64,000 bases of DNA from positions 1-64,000 of IMG/VR virus record IMGVR_UViG_3300037249_001368; one strand, 5' to 3'. Both the position numbers and the translations under genes were made by a program. Shown here piece after piece: positions 1-8,879 of this stretch. Each line of letters opens with the position of its first letter. Position 1 is the stretch's first letter. The notes beneath the pieces were generated by a model. That model had not been told where the DNA came from. It saw only the letters and a list, made by a program, of their open reading frames with translations, and did no database searches. This DNA comes from a virus (Duplodnaviria > Caudoviricetes).

Positions 1-133
1 GTTCATGGAATCTTCTGTGGTTAAAACCAACCTTACCATGGCTCTGCCGAATGAAACCTCCATCATTGTTTCCGAGCTTCGTGGTGACACTAATAAACCA
101 ATGCTCTTTGGTGAATTTGATGTTCTTTCATGA
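1..133 (+). CDS. 3' end of a gene entering from outside the window
   Basis: Open frame from nt 2 (FMESSVVKTN...EFDVLS*). TGA at 131-133 overlaps the next ATG (ATGA coupling). Confidence 0.6.
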   Translation, partial: FMESSVVKTNLTMALPNETSIIVSELRGDTNKPMLFGEFDVLS

Positions 134-960
134 AAGAGATAATTTCCGAATACGACCCTCGGACTGGGGAATATCAGAGAATCGTAAGAGATTATCTGAT
201 ACCTGACCATAAACCCATCGTGGGATATTGGAAGTCAGGTGACCCAAGTCATAACTGTAGTTATATCGAGAGTTGTCTTGAGGAAATCAACATAATCAGA
301 ACCAGAAATCTGTCGGATGAATTTAACCAAATGCTCGTCAGAAACAAGCATAGGGTCTTTTTACATCTACTTATTTCTGGTCTGAATAATACCATTGTAG
401 AACCTAACATACCACCCGTAAGGCATATCTTTAACAAGCTTATAGACCTGATAAATGCTGGTTTTCCTCAAAGACAAATACTTGTTGTGGTAGACCCAGT
501 GATTCAGAACGATAACGGGCTTAAGACATTAGAACTGATTTTACGGGCTTTCACCGAATACAAAAATATCAGATTACGCTTCATACGGTTCTGTCTGTTA
601 CGATATAAGGATGATAATGGTAAAACCATAATCGCTAATCCTCTGATAATGAACAGAACTGGTATTATGAAGGTTTTACCGTTCATCAAGAAAACCCCTG
701 ACTTTTATTCCAGATACAAGGCGATGCTTGCCAGATATCAGTCGATTATTTGTGTCGATGACGGTATGGAAGCAACGATTGGCACAAGGGAATTATCAGC
801 CTTAGGATATAAAAACGAATGGTTTGATAAAAAACATAATGTGGGAGGTCCAATAATCACCTACAAAAACAATCATAGGTGGGAACCTGATGTAAAGATT
901 ATTTCAGGTAGAACTTTCCGCTGCAGCAACAAATGTCTGCTTTGCCCTTATTACGGTTGA
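130..960 (+). CDS. Hypothetical protein, possibly DUF1848/SPL-like with a C-terminal Cys cluster
   Basis: 276 aa; VVVDPVI motif and C-terminal CSNKCLLCPY. Confidence 0.5.
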   Translation: MKEIISEYDPRTGEYQRIVRDYLIPDHKPIVGYWKSGDPSHNCSYIESCLEEINIIRTRNLSDEFNQMLVRNKHRVFLHLLISGLNNTIVEPNIPPVRHIFNKLIDLINAGFPQRQILVVVDPVIQNDNGLKTLELILRAFTEYKNIRLRFIRFCLLRYKDDNGKTIIANPLIMNRTGIMKVLPFIKKTPDFYSRYKAMLARYQSIICVDDGMEATIGTRELSALGYKNEWFDKKHNVGGPIITYKNNHRWEPDVKIISGRTFRCSNKCLLCPYYG

Positions 961-1055
961 GGCTTGATGAAAATTAACATACTGAATGAAACCTCGCTTA
1001 AGTTTAACTTTTCTTAGCATAAAAAAGATTGAAAATTTCAAGAAAAAATTCTAAA

Positions 1056-1088
1056 CAGCCTAAGTGAGGATTTATATTTGGTTATACA
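1056..1088 (+). promoter_or_regulatory. Phage bipartite promoter GMCTAA-N15-TGGTT
   Basis: CAGCCTAA-15 nt-TGGTTATAC; one of 15 copies with identical spacing. Confidence 0.75.
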
Positions 1089-1174
1089 TATTAGAAAATT
1101 CCAAAATGGTGTAAGGTAGGTCGGTCGGGGTGGACATCACGGTTCACCCCTAATCCGCAATCAGAACGAAGTAT

Positions 1175-1471
1175 ATGGGAACACCTGAGATAAAACCTGT
1201 CATTGAAGATGTTGTTATAGATTTATCAGAAACCCAATGGGATTTGATGACTCCTGAACAATATTTCCTTTTGGAGCAACGCATCCAAAAGTCAATCAAG
1301 CAACGCAGGAAAGAAATCAGAAAGGAAAAGAAAACAGGAAAATTCCAAAATGTTTCCATATACGGAAAACTCTACCAAATATCACAGAAGGATTACGAGG
1401 CACTGAAGAAGGACCCCGAAAAAGTGAAACCGGCAATCATTGCAATGTACAGACCGTTGGTTGAATGTTAG
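1175..1471 (+). CDS. Hypothetical protein sharing a C-terminal 'VSIxGxxYxI' module with 1555 and 15193
   Basis: QNVSIYGKLYQISQKDYEAL resembles EVSINGEVYTVNKKYMESI. Confidence 0.7.
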   Translation: MGTPEIKPVIEDVVIDLSETQWDLMTPEQYFLLEQRIQKSIKQRRKEIRKEKKTGKFQNVSIYGKLYQISQKDYEALKKDPEKVKPAIIAMYRPLVEC

Positions 1472-1554
1472 CTAGGTATCGAGGTTATAATACATAGAAA
1501 CTTATTGGGACACAATTCACATAATTATTAACAACTTTCTAAAACATCACAAAA

Positions 1555-2082
1555 ATGTCGAAAGAATTAGAAAACCTGGTCGAAGAGACCGCTGAGAACA
1601 AAGAAGAAAAGAAAAGATGGGAACGCAAACCCATGACCGCCGAAGAGATTGAACAAGTCAAGGCCGGCATCGAAACCCTGAAGGAAATGGGCGTGAGTGA
1701 GAACTACGCAAAACTGCTCGCCGCTGCTCCCAACTGGTACGCCGAAGACAAGACCGTGAAAGACGAGAACCGCAAGGCCCTGGTCGACAGCTTCGATGGC
1801 AAGCTGAAGGACTACTTGGAATCCGAAGAGTTCATCAACGAACACAACCGTTTCGCCGGCATCACCAAGCTGATGGCCATCGTTGGCAACATCGTCAGCT
1901 ACAACAGCCGTCGCACCTACATCCCGAAGGACAAGATGGTCGAGGTCAGCATCAACGGCGAGGTCTACACCGTCAACAAGAAGTACATGGAAAGCATCCG
2001 CGAACTTCCCAAGGACGAGCGCCGCAAGCTCTTGCTCGAGCACGCCGACACCAAGAAGGCCAACAGCATCGAGGAGTTCTAA
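1555..2082 (+). CDS. Probably highly expressed hypothetical protein, paralog of 15193-15762
   Basis: Strong C-ending codon bias, A-rich leader, own terminator, ends in IEEF. Confidence 0.85.
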   Translation: MSKELENLVEETAENKEEKKRWERKPMTAEEIEQVKAGIETLKEMGVSENYAKLLAAAPNWYAEDKTVKDENRKALVDSFDGKLKDYLESEEFINEHNRFAGITKLMAIVGNIVSYNSRRTYIPKDKMVEVSINGEVYTVNKKYMESIRELPKDERRKLLLEHADTKKANSIEEF

Positions 2083-2104
2083 ATCGAACTCAGGTCGTGA
2101 TTAT

Positions 2105-2146
2105 AGAAAACCCCGCCCCGAGAAATCGGAGTGGGGTTTTCTTTTT
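2105..2146 (+). terminator. Intrinsic terminator
   Basis: GAAAACCCCGCCCCGA-GAAA-TCGGAGTGGGGTTTTC followed by a T-tract. Confidence 0.85.
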
Positions 2147-2149
2147 CAT

Positions 2150-2184
2150 CAGCCTAAATTTTGAACCTTTATCAGTAATTATAA
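2150..2184 (+). promoter_or_regulatory. Phage bipartite promoter (variant) upstream of the sigma-like gene
   Basis: CAGCCTAA-15 nt-CAGTAATTATAA. Confidence 0.6.
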
Positions 2185-2433
2185 GTGTTTCAATCTAAAA
2201 TTACAAAAAACCAATTAAGAAAAAATCTGAGTAGTATGATAGCAATTAACATAAAAATTCAATTCCATATATAGTGTAAGTGTTTATCAGGGCGTCTCGT
2301 TTCAAGACGAGCAGCAGATAACACAGCTGTTGGTATTTCGTTTGCCTTACGCCCGCTAAAACCAATCAGTGCTTTTTGGTGCTGGTGGTCACATTTACCT
2401 TACAACACACTTACAAAATTAAACCTTACACTT

Positions 2434-4578
2434 ATGGAATTAAAAGATGCAGTAAAGCGTATGTTTGGGCTCAGAAAGCAGTACCCAAATTACGTAGTCG
2501 ACATTGACAGGTATCTGTCGACTGAATCCCTAAATGAGTCATCCAACCCTTACGAAGATGTACTATTCTTTGTGTCTCGCGAAACTGGTACTGACCCGCT
2601 CACGCTTCATACTTTGAATGAAGCACAAGTGATGAAAATCATTGATTTCGATGATGTAGTCAATGTAGGTCAGCAGTACGCAGAAGCCAAGAACGCTTAT
2701 CAAGCAGCAGTCCATCAGGAACTGAAAACCTTGGGCAAGTCAGGAACTCAGGAAAAAGAGGAAGATAAATTTGAGCTGACTAAGGGTAATGTAAAGTTCT
2801 TGAACGAACTCAGCAAAAAGACCCTTTTCAGATTGGTTGGTGACATTGACGCATACAAGACAGCCAAGGCTCAAATCAAGATTATCCGCGAACATAAGAG
2901 ATTTTATCCCAACAATCCGAAGTTTGATGAGGAACTTCAAAACCTCGAAGAGGTGATTAAAATCTTTGAAAACGCGTTGAAGAGCCCCGTCGTAGTTGGT
3001 AAGGAACTCAAAGCAAGTTCTGAATATAGGGAAAAGAGTCGTGAGATGTCAGAGACCATCAAGGCTCTGTCCGAGGAAATCACCGCTTACAAGCCTTCAT
3101 CACTGATGAAGCTCTATCACGAACTCAAGGGTTATATGCCCATCTACGATGAAACCTATGTCTCGGATTTCCCGAAGATGTACGGCAAATTCTATGATGT
3201 GTTTGACCCAAGCATCACAGACCCGATTGAGAAATTCACTAACATTCTGTATTATATCTCGTCATTGACGGGATTGGATGTTTTTGAAATCTACAATATG
3301 ACAGAGTACAAAATCAAAAAGGCTCTGATAGCCAATGATTACAAACTCATCGATAAGCGCGAAAGCCTTGAAAAGGAAAAGGAACTGACCATTTTAGAAA
3401 AGAAAGCAATGGCTTCCAGCGCTTACGGTACTACAGCATCAGATGTTGCAGTTACCCACTACGGCAACGACCCCAAGAAATCCGCTGCTTTGATTATGTC
3501 TTCTCAGGCACAAACGGTTATTGCGTTGGCAATCTCCATCGCGAACACCATGAACGCCAAAGATTATATCGACGATATAGTTCAACAAGGTATGTTATTC
3601 TGCAATCTTAAGGTGGAAGACTACCTTGAGTTCTGTAAGAAAAATCCCGATAGACACATTTCCTTCCCCGCCTACATTGGCAGTGGTTTAGGTTTATACC
3701 TTAAGAAGTACGCCGCAGGTCTTAAGAAGGGAGGCGTTATGGGAGATTCGACAGCAATGAACTTATCCACTTTGGAGAACCGCGAATATCAGAAATTCAG
3801 AAACAACACAATGGTTCTGAATCCTGAATCAGCAGTTTGGTCTGAAGAAGAATGGAAGACCGCTTTCGCAATGTTCAAGCTCAACAATGGAGAGACTCCG
3901 TTATTTGGCGGAAATGCTACGATTGTCAGGGCTGATGAAGAGGACGATGAGGGTAAGAAAGTGTTTGAACTCAGGTCTGACTACGACACGGAACAGGTGT
4001 ATGAAAACAACAGAGCCAAGAACGCTTTGGATGATGCCTGTCGTGACTATCTTGAGATTCTGAACACACAAACAGAAACTGGTCTGAGAATCTTCGCTGC
4101 TGCCGACGCCCTCGTCTTAGACAGATTGATGGGATTTGTTGAAAACAAACATAAACCACAGAGTAAGTGGTATTGGGAGCAGAAAGACATCGCTGTTGAC
4201 CTGAATGTTCCTCAATCAACAGTGAATGTGAAGTTCTCAGGCCCTGCCAACATCTTTAAGAAACTTGAGGAAGTTGGGAAGGTCAATCCAAAACTGAAAA
4301 AGAGCGTAAAAATCCTTTCAAATTATCTTAAATATCTCTACAGCAAAGAAAACAAACAGCTTCGTGGCATCTTCTATCTGTTAGAAAATCTGACACTGTT
4401 GATGGTCAAGGAAGTTAGAGATTTTGAATCTAACATTGTCAGGGCCGACAAAGCTGGTGGTGGTAGATATTATTTCGAGGACGAACTCCTTGAAAGACTC
4501 GAGCAAACTCGGAATTACGGTAAACCTTACACATACACAAACTTCATCACAAAAGAAACAAAGATTTTTGAACCGTAA
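2434..4578 (+). CDS. Divergent sigma70-family RNA polymerase sigma factor with a long N-terminal extension
   Basis: Region 2-like ALIMSSQAQTVIALAISIA...IDDIVQQGML...ISFPAYI, and region 4.2-like HTH WEQKDIAVDLNVPQSTVN. Confidence 0.6.
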   Translation: MELKDAVKRMFGLRKQYPNYVVDIDRYLSTESLNESSNPYEDVLFFVSRETGTDPLTLHTLNEAQVMKIIDFDDVVNVGQQYAEAKNAYQAAVHQELKTLGKSGTQEKEEDKFELTKGNVKFLNELSKKTLFRLVGDIDAYKTAKAQIKIIREHKRFYPNNPKFDEELQNLEEVIKIFENALKSPVVVGKELKASSEYREKSREMSETIKALSEEITAYKPSSLMKLYHELKGYMPIYDETYVSDFPKMYGKFYDVFDPSITDPIEKFTNILYYISSLTGLDVFEIYNMTEYKIKKALIANDYKLIDKRESLEKEKELTILEKKAMASSAYGTTASDVAVTHYGNDPKKSAALIMSSQAQTVIALAISIANTMNAKDYIDDIVQQGMLFCNLKVEDYLEFCKKNPDRHISFPAYIGSGLGLYLKKYAAGLKKGGVMGDSTAMNLSTLENREYQKFRNNTMVLNPESAVWSEEEWKTAFAMFKLNNGETPLFGGNATIVRADEEDDEGKKVFELRSDYDTEQVYENNRAKNALDDACRDYLEILNTQTETGLRIFAAADALVLDRLMGFVENKHKPQSKWYWEQKDIAVDLNVPQSTVNVKFSGPANIFKKLEEVGKVNPKLKKSVKILSNYLKYLYSKENKQLRGIFYLLENLTLLMVKEVRDFESNIVRADKAGGGRYYFEDELLERLEQTRNYGKPYTYTNFITKETKIFEP

Positions 4579-4590
4579 AATTTCATAGAC

Positions 4591-4923
4591 ATGGACATTT
4601 TGAACGAAAGCCAGAAACGAGGCATTGACATCAAATCGTTGGAGAGCATCTACAAACACAAATCCAATCAGTTTGTGTTAGACTGTGGAGTCATCATGGG
4701 TGCTTTAGGCCTAGGCCTTGATATGAAGTTATGCCTTGATTGGCATTACCGTAATACCCCGAACTTCGATTCATTCATCGACAGCATCAACGCTTTCCTG
4801 AAGAATCAGAAAGTTTCGTTATCCGCTGGCGACAAGTCAAGACTGAAATCTGCTTACGCCAGATATTTTAACTCACAGGCTGGTATGGTCAATAACGAAG
4901 CCAAGAAGGAAATCTTGTCATGA
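4591..4923 (+). CDS. Hypothetical protein with N-terminal ILNES (possible prohead-protease site)
   Basis: 110 aa, translationally coupled to the next gene. Confidence 0.7.
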   Translation: MDILNESQKRGIDIKSLESIYKHKSNQFVLDCGVIMGALGLGLDMKLCLDWHYRNTPNFDSFIDSINAFLKNQKVSLSAGDKSRLKSAYARYFNSQAGMVNNEAKKEILS

Positions 4924-5384
4924 GTCAACAAATCCACGTACCTGAATTTAACGAGGTGGATAAATTAAAATCCACCTTGTCCAATTTTCTTCTGTTGGAC
5001 GAAAACTGGAAAAATCTGAAACTTTTCCTTGATACATTCTTGGGAGACATCTCAAGTCTGCTTGATGATTCTATAATTCAGCAAATTATAGAATCTATCA
5101 TGGAGAGAATCCAGGAGTTCAAGATTAAACTGAATTTCGTCTATACCGTGGATATCGGTTATGAATCCATTCAAGGAAAATATGCCGTTACCAAGGAATC
5201 TGACAGAAGTCTTTTGGTGACTTATCCTGACAAACCTGAGTGGGATACTACTCCTCTGATTGTCCAAGTTTATGACAAATCTTCGGGAGAAATCATATAC
5301 CCAATCGTACGTAAGACCACTGGCAGAGTGACCATCGAATTTACGAATGAGTTCTACTCAGACCTGACCATTCTGATTATTTAA
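4920..5384 (+). CDS. Hypothetical, possibly virion, protein
   Basis: C-terminal IVQVYD...VTIEF module resembles the C-termini of 40966 and 43434. Confidence 0.65.
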   Translation: MSQQIHVPEFNEVDKLKSTLSNFLLLDENWKNLKLFLDTFLGDISSLLDDSIIQQIIESIMERIQEFKIKLNFVYTVDIGYESIQGKYAVTKESDRSLLVTYPDKPEWDTTPLIVQVYDKSSGEIIYPIVRKTTGRVTIEFTNEFYSDLTILII

Positions 5385-5439
5385 GTAAGACTGCTACTTT
5401 ATTCATTAATTCGTAGATAAAACAGTTTATTGGTTATGG

Positions 5440-5485
5440 AAAAATCCCCTGTTGTGCTCAGAAACATGGCAGGGGATTTTTATTT
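5440..5485 (+). terminator. Intrinsic terminator
   Basis: AAAAATCCCCTGTTGTG...CATGGCAGGGGATTTTT. Confidence 0.8.
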
Positions 5486-5487
5486 AA

Positions 5488-5521
5488 CAGCCTAATTTTA
5501 AGAATAAATCCAGTTTTTATA
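5488..5521 (+). promoter_or_regulatory. Phage bipartite promoter
   Basis: CAGCCTAA-15 nt-CAGTTTTTATA, directly after a terminator. Confidence 0.65.
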
Positions 5522-5556
5522 GACAAGTTCAAAACCTTTCAAACAACAATTACGCA

Positions 5557-6165
5557 ATGGAAAATCAAACAACACGCAAAAAACTGAGAGTCAGAATCAT
5601 CCACAAATCTAAGGATGGATTGATGCTTGACTTCAAAGGCGAAATCGGTGTAAAGAAGACAACTTGGGAAGAGTTTAATAAAATCTTTCAAGTCTGTGCT
5701 GACAACCCGATGTTTGCAGAACCTACCGACGAACATCAGAAAAAATTAGACCTCGTTGAAGAGCACATAAACAACGCTGTTGTGCACTTCGTTATGAGCG
5801 GTGGTTATGCTAAGATGCAGGGCACTGAAGCCAAGGTAACTGCTGACGAAGAACTCATGCACATGATGGGTTTGGGCACTGAACTTCAAGAACTGGAGAA
5901 ACTCACAGGAATGAATGTTGTCCAAATAGCACAAATCGTGAGACAAAGAGTCATTCAGCTCCATACAGGTCTGCAACTCGACGCCATGAAAGAACATCAG
6001 AGCGAGGAGCGCGAGGCACGCATCCAACGCAGAAGAGATTGGGAAAAAGAACGCCATACGCAAAATGTTGTTCTTACCTCTACTAATTCCCTCGGAGATA
6101 ATCCGTTACTGAAACAACTGAAAGAACAAATGGATTCCGAAAACCTTAAAAACACAGAAAAATGA
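5557..6165 (+). CDS. Hypothetical protein
   Basis: 202-aa ORF with A-rich leader; coupled to the next gene. Confidence 0.8.
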   Translation: MENQTTRKKLRVRIIHKSKDGLMLDFKGEIGVKKTTWEEFNKIFQVCADNPMFAEPTDEHQKKLDLVEEHINNAVVHFVMSGGYAKMQGTEAKVTADEELMHMMGLGTELQELEKLTGMNVVQIAQIVRQRVIQLHTGLQLDAMKEHQSEEREARIQRRRDWEKERHTQNVVLTSTNSLGDNPLLKQLKEQMDSENLKNTEK

Positions 6166-6857
6166 TTACTTACTCAGGTGAAATCTTCGATAAAGTTCTG
6201 TACAGGAACAATGACGGTGAACTTTGGAATGTGTCATTCTACGGTGGTTGTATGACTGTCAAGGATGCTGATGACAAACCTTCGCTTATGCAGTTTGTTG
6301 TCAGTGAAAACCAACACGTAAAACAGATAATTCCTTACAATGAATCAACTGCTTGTTTGTTGTTGACTCAAAATTCAGCACCAGACAAATATCTCATCAG
6401 AGAAAAGTTACAGAATCAGAGTGTTGAAGAAACTGAACTTTCCTTTGAAATGATATACACTGTCTTGGAAGCATCCATCCGACACAATAACATGTATAAT
6501 GTTACGTACGCTGGCTCTGATTTACTGATTGAAGAAGCAAACAAATCGGTGCTTAACAGAGATGTGTATGACAGAGCGATGTATGTACTTCATAACGGTG
6601 GTTCAGTTCAACTGCACAGAATAGAGGTACCCAAATCGTTCAATAAACCAACTTTCTGTGATTTCGACAGAGAAGTTATCTACAAGGTTGTCAATTACCT
6701 GTACGAAGCAGACCCAGAATTTCAGGAATGTTTCACTGACATACTCACTGAAACCGAAGAATTGGTGACACCTGTTTCTTCATATAATTACATAATTGAC
6801 ACCATCGTAACAGAGGAAATCACTCACGTTGGTGCTAAAGATTACCGTGATTGCTAA
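6162..6857 (+). CDS. Hypothetical protein
   Basis: 231-aa ORF with ATGA overlap. Confidence 0.8.
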   Translation: MITYSGEIFDKVLYRNNDGELWNVSFYGGCMTVKDADDKPSLMQFVVSENQHVKQIIPYNESTACLLLTQNSAPDKYLIREKLQNQSVEETELSFEMIYTVLEASIRHNNMYNVTYAGSDLLIEEANKSVLNRDVYDRAMYVLHNGGSVQLHRIEVPKSFNKPTFCDFDREVIYKVVNYLYEADPEFQECFTDILTETEELVTPVSSYNYIIDTIVTEEITHVGAKDYRDC

Positions 6858-6870
6858 AAAACCGAATACT

Positions 6871-7152
6871 ATGGACCAGAAAGAATTTGATGTCACAATC
6901 ATTGAAAAGCCATCCTGTTACCGTAAGAACAAAAGTGGCTGGTATCTTAACTTCGGTGATAACAAACCAGCAGAAGCAGGTTACGTTGAAAGACAAGAAT
7001 ATCGCTGTCATGGTGATGCTCTGATTGCTGCTGGTATAGCTATTAACATGCTTGAAAAGCAGAAAAACGAGGCCCATCCGAGGGTTGAAGTCAGCGAATT
7101 TGACTTCTTGGTGAGAGCCACGCTGCGTTTGACTGATTCACCCAACAAATGA
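6871..7152 (+). CDS. Hypothetical protein
   Basis: ATG 6871 (MDQKEF) preferred over the track start at 6829. Confidence 0.7.
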   Translation: MDQKEFDVTIIEKPSCYRKNKSGWYLNFGDNKPAEAGYVERQEYRCHGDALIAAGIAINMLEKQKNEAHPRVEVSEFDFLVRATLRLTDSPNK

Positions 7153-7155
7153 GTC

Positions 7156-7380
7156 ATGAACGAAGGCCTCAAAAAATATCAGAACAAGGAAAGAATCAAG
7201 AAGTTCAATCAGAACTCTCCCAACTGCGGACATCAGTATTTCAAAACCGTGCAGAGCGACCCGAAATCGAAGATAACACATCAACAGGTAATGTGTCGCA
7301 AAACCGAGGATAGCTGCAAATACTCGAAATGTCCGATAGTTAGTTCGGTACTTTACGGGCATAATAAAAAGAAATCATGA
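7156..7380 (+). CDS. Small Cys-rich hypothetical protein
   Basis: Four Cys; operon-like spacing. Confidence 0.65.
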   Translation: MNEGLKKYQNKERIKKFNQNSPNCGHQYFKTVQSDPKSKITHQQVMCRKTEDSCKYSKCPIVSSVLYGHNKKKS

Positions 7381-7598
7381 TACAACTATCAGAATACGAG
7401 CAACAGACCCTTGATAAAATGAAAGAGGGTCATACACCTGAAGAACAGAAAAAGATAGAAAACAGATTTAGAGTAGCAATAAATATGATAAGAAATTCTT
7501 TTTGGGGCGGCCAACCAGTGTACGCGACAACTCATTTCTGTAACACTGTTTTAGGGTTGTCAGAGCATAAAATAATTCCAAACCAACCTAATCCATAA
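7377..7598 (+). CDS. Hypothetical protein
   Basis: ATGA overlap with the previous gene. Confidence 0.65.
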   Translation: MIQLSEYEQQTLDKMKEGHTPEEQKKIENRFRVAINMIRNSFWGGQPVYATTHFCNTVLGLSEHKIIPNQPNP

Positions 7599-7616
7599 CA
7601 TTTGTTTGGTTATGAT
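7584..7616 (+). promoter_or_regulatory. Phage bipartite promoter (variant)
   Basis: CAACCTAA-15 nt-TGGTTATGAT. Confidence 0.6.
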
Positions 7617-7656
7617 GTATATAAAATCAGAAGAATAATCCTTAAAACTCAGAAAC

Positions 7657-7782
7657 ATGGATACTTATATGGTTGTGTGCCCAGAGAAAGGTGGCGAAGT
7701 CGTCTACACAGGCTCATGGAGTGAGTGTCTTAGAGTAAGTAACAATTATCCGTTGCCTACGAACATCATCAAAAGTTTCTAA
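7657..7782 (+). CDS. 41-aa hypothetical protein (not in the ORF track)
   Basis: MDTYMVVCPEKGGEVVYTGSWSECL...; follows the promoter at 7584 and an A-rich leader. Confidence 0.55.
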   Translation: MDTYMVVCPEKGGEVVYTGSWSECLRVSNNYPLPTNIIKSF

Positions 7783-7793
7783 TCATTATTGAT

Positions 7794-7910
7794 ATGAAAT
7801 TCTGTCCTGAACTTACATGTAAACGCAATCGCGGTGGTTGTTGTATTTCATTCAACAAATCCGATTGCTTGTTGTGTAAAGGAAACACCAACAAATCACT
7901 GAAAAATTAA
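7794..7910 (+). CDS. 38-aa Cys-rich peptide (not in the ORF track)
   Basis: MKFCPELTCKRNRGGCCISFNKSDCLLCKG... Confidence 0.45.
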   Translation: MKFCPELTCKRNRGGCCISFNKSDCLLCKGNTNKSLKN

Positions 7911-7919
7911 ATAATAATT

Positions 7920-8357
7920 ATGACCAAGGAAGAACTGATTGCCATAGAATCTTCTATGTCTCCCGAAGAAATTATCGAAGTTGCCAAGCGTATGTGTCCT
8001 GTAATGAGACGTCCTAAGGGAACTCTTTGGTGGATTCGTCGATTGAAAATTCATAACCAAAGTTGCAGATTCAGCCCATCATACATCTGTAAGGCTGAGG
8101 GTCTTACACCAGTAGCAACAGTCACCACTTACCATAAAACTGGTGGTTATCATGGATTCATAAAACCATCAGTGGATGAAGCGATTTATCAGTGTCCTAA
8201 AGACATTATAGATAAGGTTGTTGCGTTTGAGTTCGTGGTACCTGAGTGTGCGACACTTGGAGAAGTTTATGATTCCAAATTGGATAGACATGTTTTACAG
8301 ACAACTTATTATACTGGGACTCTGAGCCCAAAAGTCAGTAAAAAAGTTGAATGGTAA
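7920..8357 (+). CDS. Hypothetical protein
   Basis: 145-aa ORF. Confidence 0.8.
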   Translation: MTKEELIAIESSMSPEEIIEVAKRMCPVMRRPKGTLWWIRRLKIHNQSCRFSPSYICKAEGLTPVATVTTYHKTGGYHGFIKPSVDEAIYQCPKDIIDKVVAFEFVVPECATLGEVYDSKLDRHVLQTTYYTGTLSPKVSKKVEW

Positions 8358-8368
8358 ATATAAACGGC

Positions 8369-8441
8369 GGAACTTTGGCAGAGATGGTCTATGCGCCGGA
8401 CTGAAAATCCGGTAAAGGTGGTTCGAGTCCACTAGGTTCCA
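8369..8441 (+). tRNA. tRNA-Phe(GAA)
   Basis: Acceptor GGAACTT/AGGTTCC; anticodon arm CCGGA-CTGAAAA-TCCGG; T-loop TTCGAGT; no encoded CCA. Confidence 0.9.
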
Positions 8442-8469
8442 CAGAACTTAACCTCTAAAATCTTACACC

Positions 8470-8649
8470 ATGGAAGAAAATTCAATAGTGCTTTTCGGAC
8501 TGAAGCTCAAAAAAGTCCAAGACGACGGGAACACTGATTCCTGCTCTGAATGTGTGTTCAATCACAAGTGTCCGATTTTCAACGGCAAGTCCATCTGCCA
8601 GAACGAGGCAGGTGAGTTTAACTCTCATTTCGTGGAGGTTACCGAGTAA
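8470..8649 (+). CDS. 59-aa Cys-rich hypothetical protein (not in the ORF track)
   Basis: MEENSIV...SCSECVF...C...C...FVEVTE; A-rich leader. Confidence 0.6.
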   Translation: MEENSIVLFGLKLKKVQDDGNTDSCSECVFNHKCPIFNGKSICQNEAGEFNSHFVEVTE

Positions 8650-8660
8650 ATCTTGAAGTC

Positions 8661-8879
8661 ATGAAAACTATCAGAAACATTATGATTTTGATTGCAATGT
8701 CACTGTTCATGGCTTGCATCACAGGACAAAAGACCCCCCCCCAACAAAATCTGACTTGCAATGAAAAGTATAAGAAACATCTTAATTCTGTTTATGGTTG
8801 CAGCCTCACTTCTTGTAAGTTGCAACACAGTGCAAAGAAGTACAACAACCCATCAAATCTCAGAAGTTATGGAGACTAA
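8661..8879 (+). CDS. Possible short lipoprotein or duplicated signal-peptide remnant
   Basis: MKTIRNIMILIAMSLFMAC resembles the N-terminus of 8761; contains a C9 tract; overlaps 8761. Confidence 0.3.
   Translation: MKTIRNIMILIAMSLFMACITGQKTPPQQNLTCNEKYKKHLNSVYGCSLTSCKLQHSAKKYNNPSNLRSYGD

Noticed and set aside
1567-2164. Antisense and alternate-frame ORFs over 1555, and likewise over 15193, 45117 and 55785
   Set aside because: Explained by the strong codon bias of the sense genes.
8734-8742. C9 tract as a phase-variable fusion of 8661 to 8761
   Set aside because: TGA at 8752-8754 is in frame with 8761, so slippage would not create the fusion.
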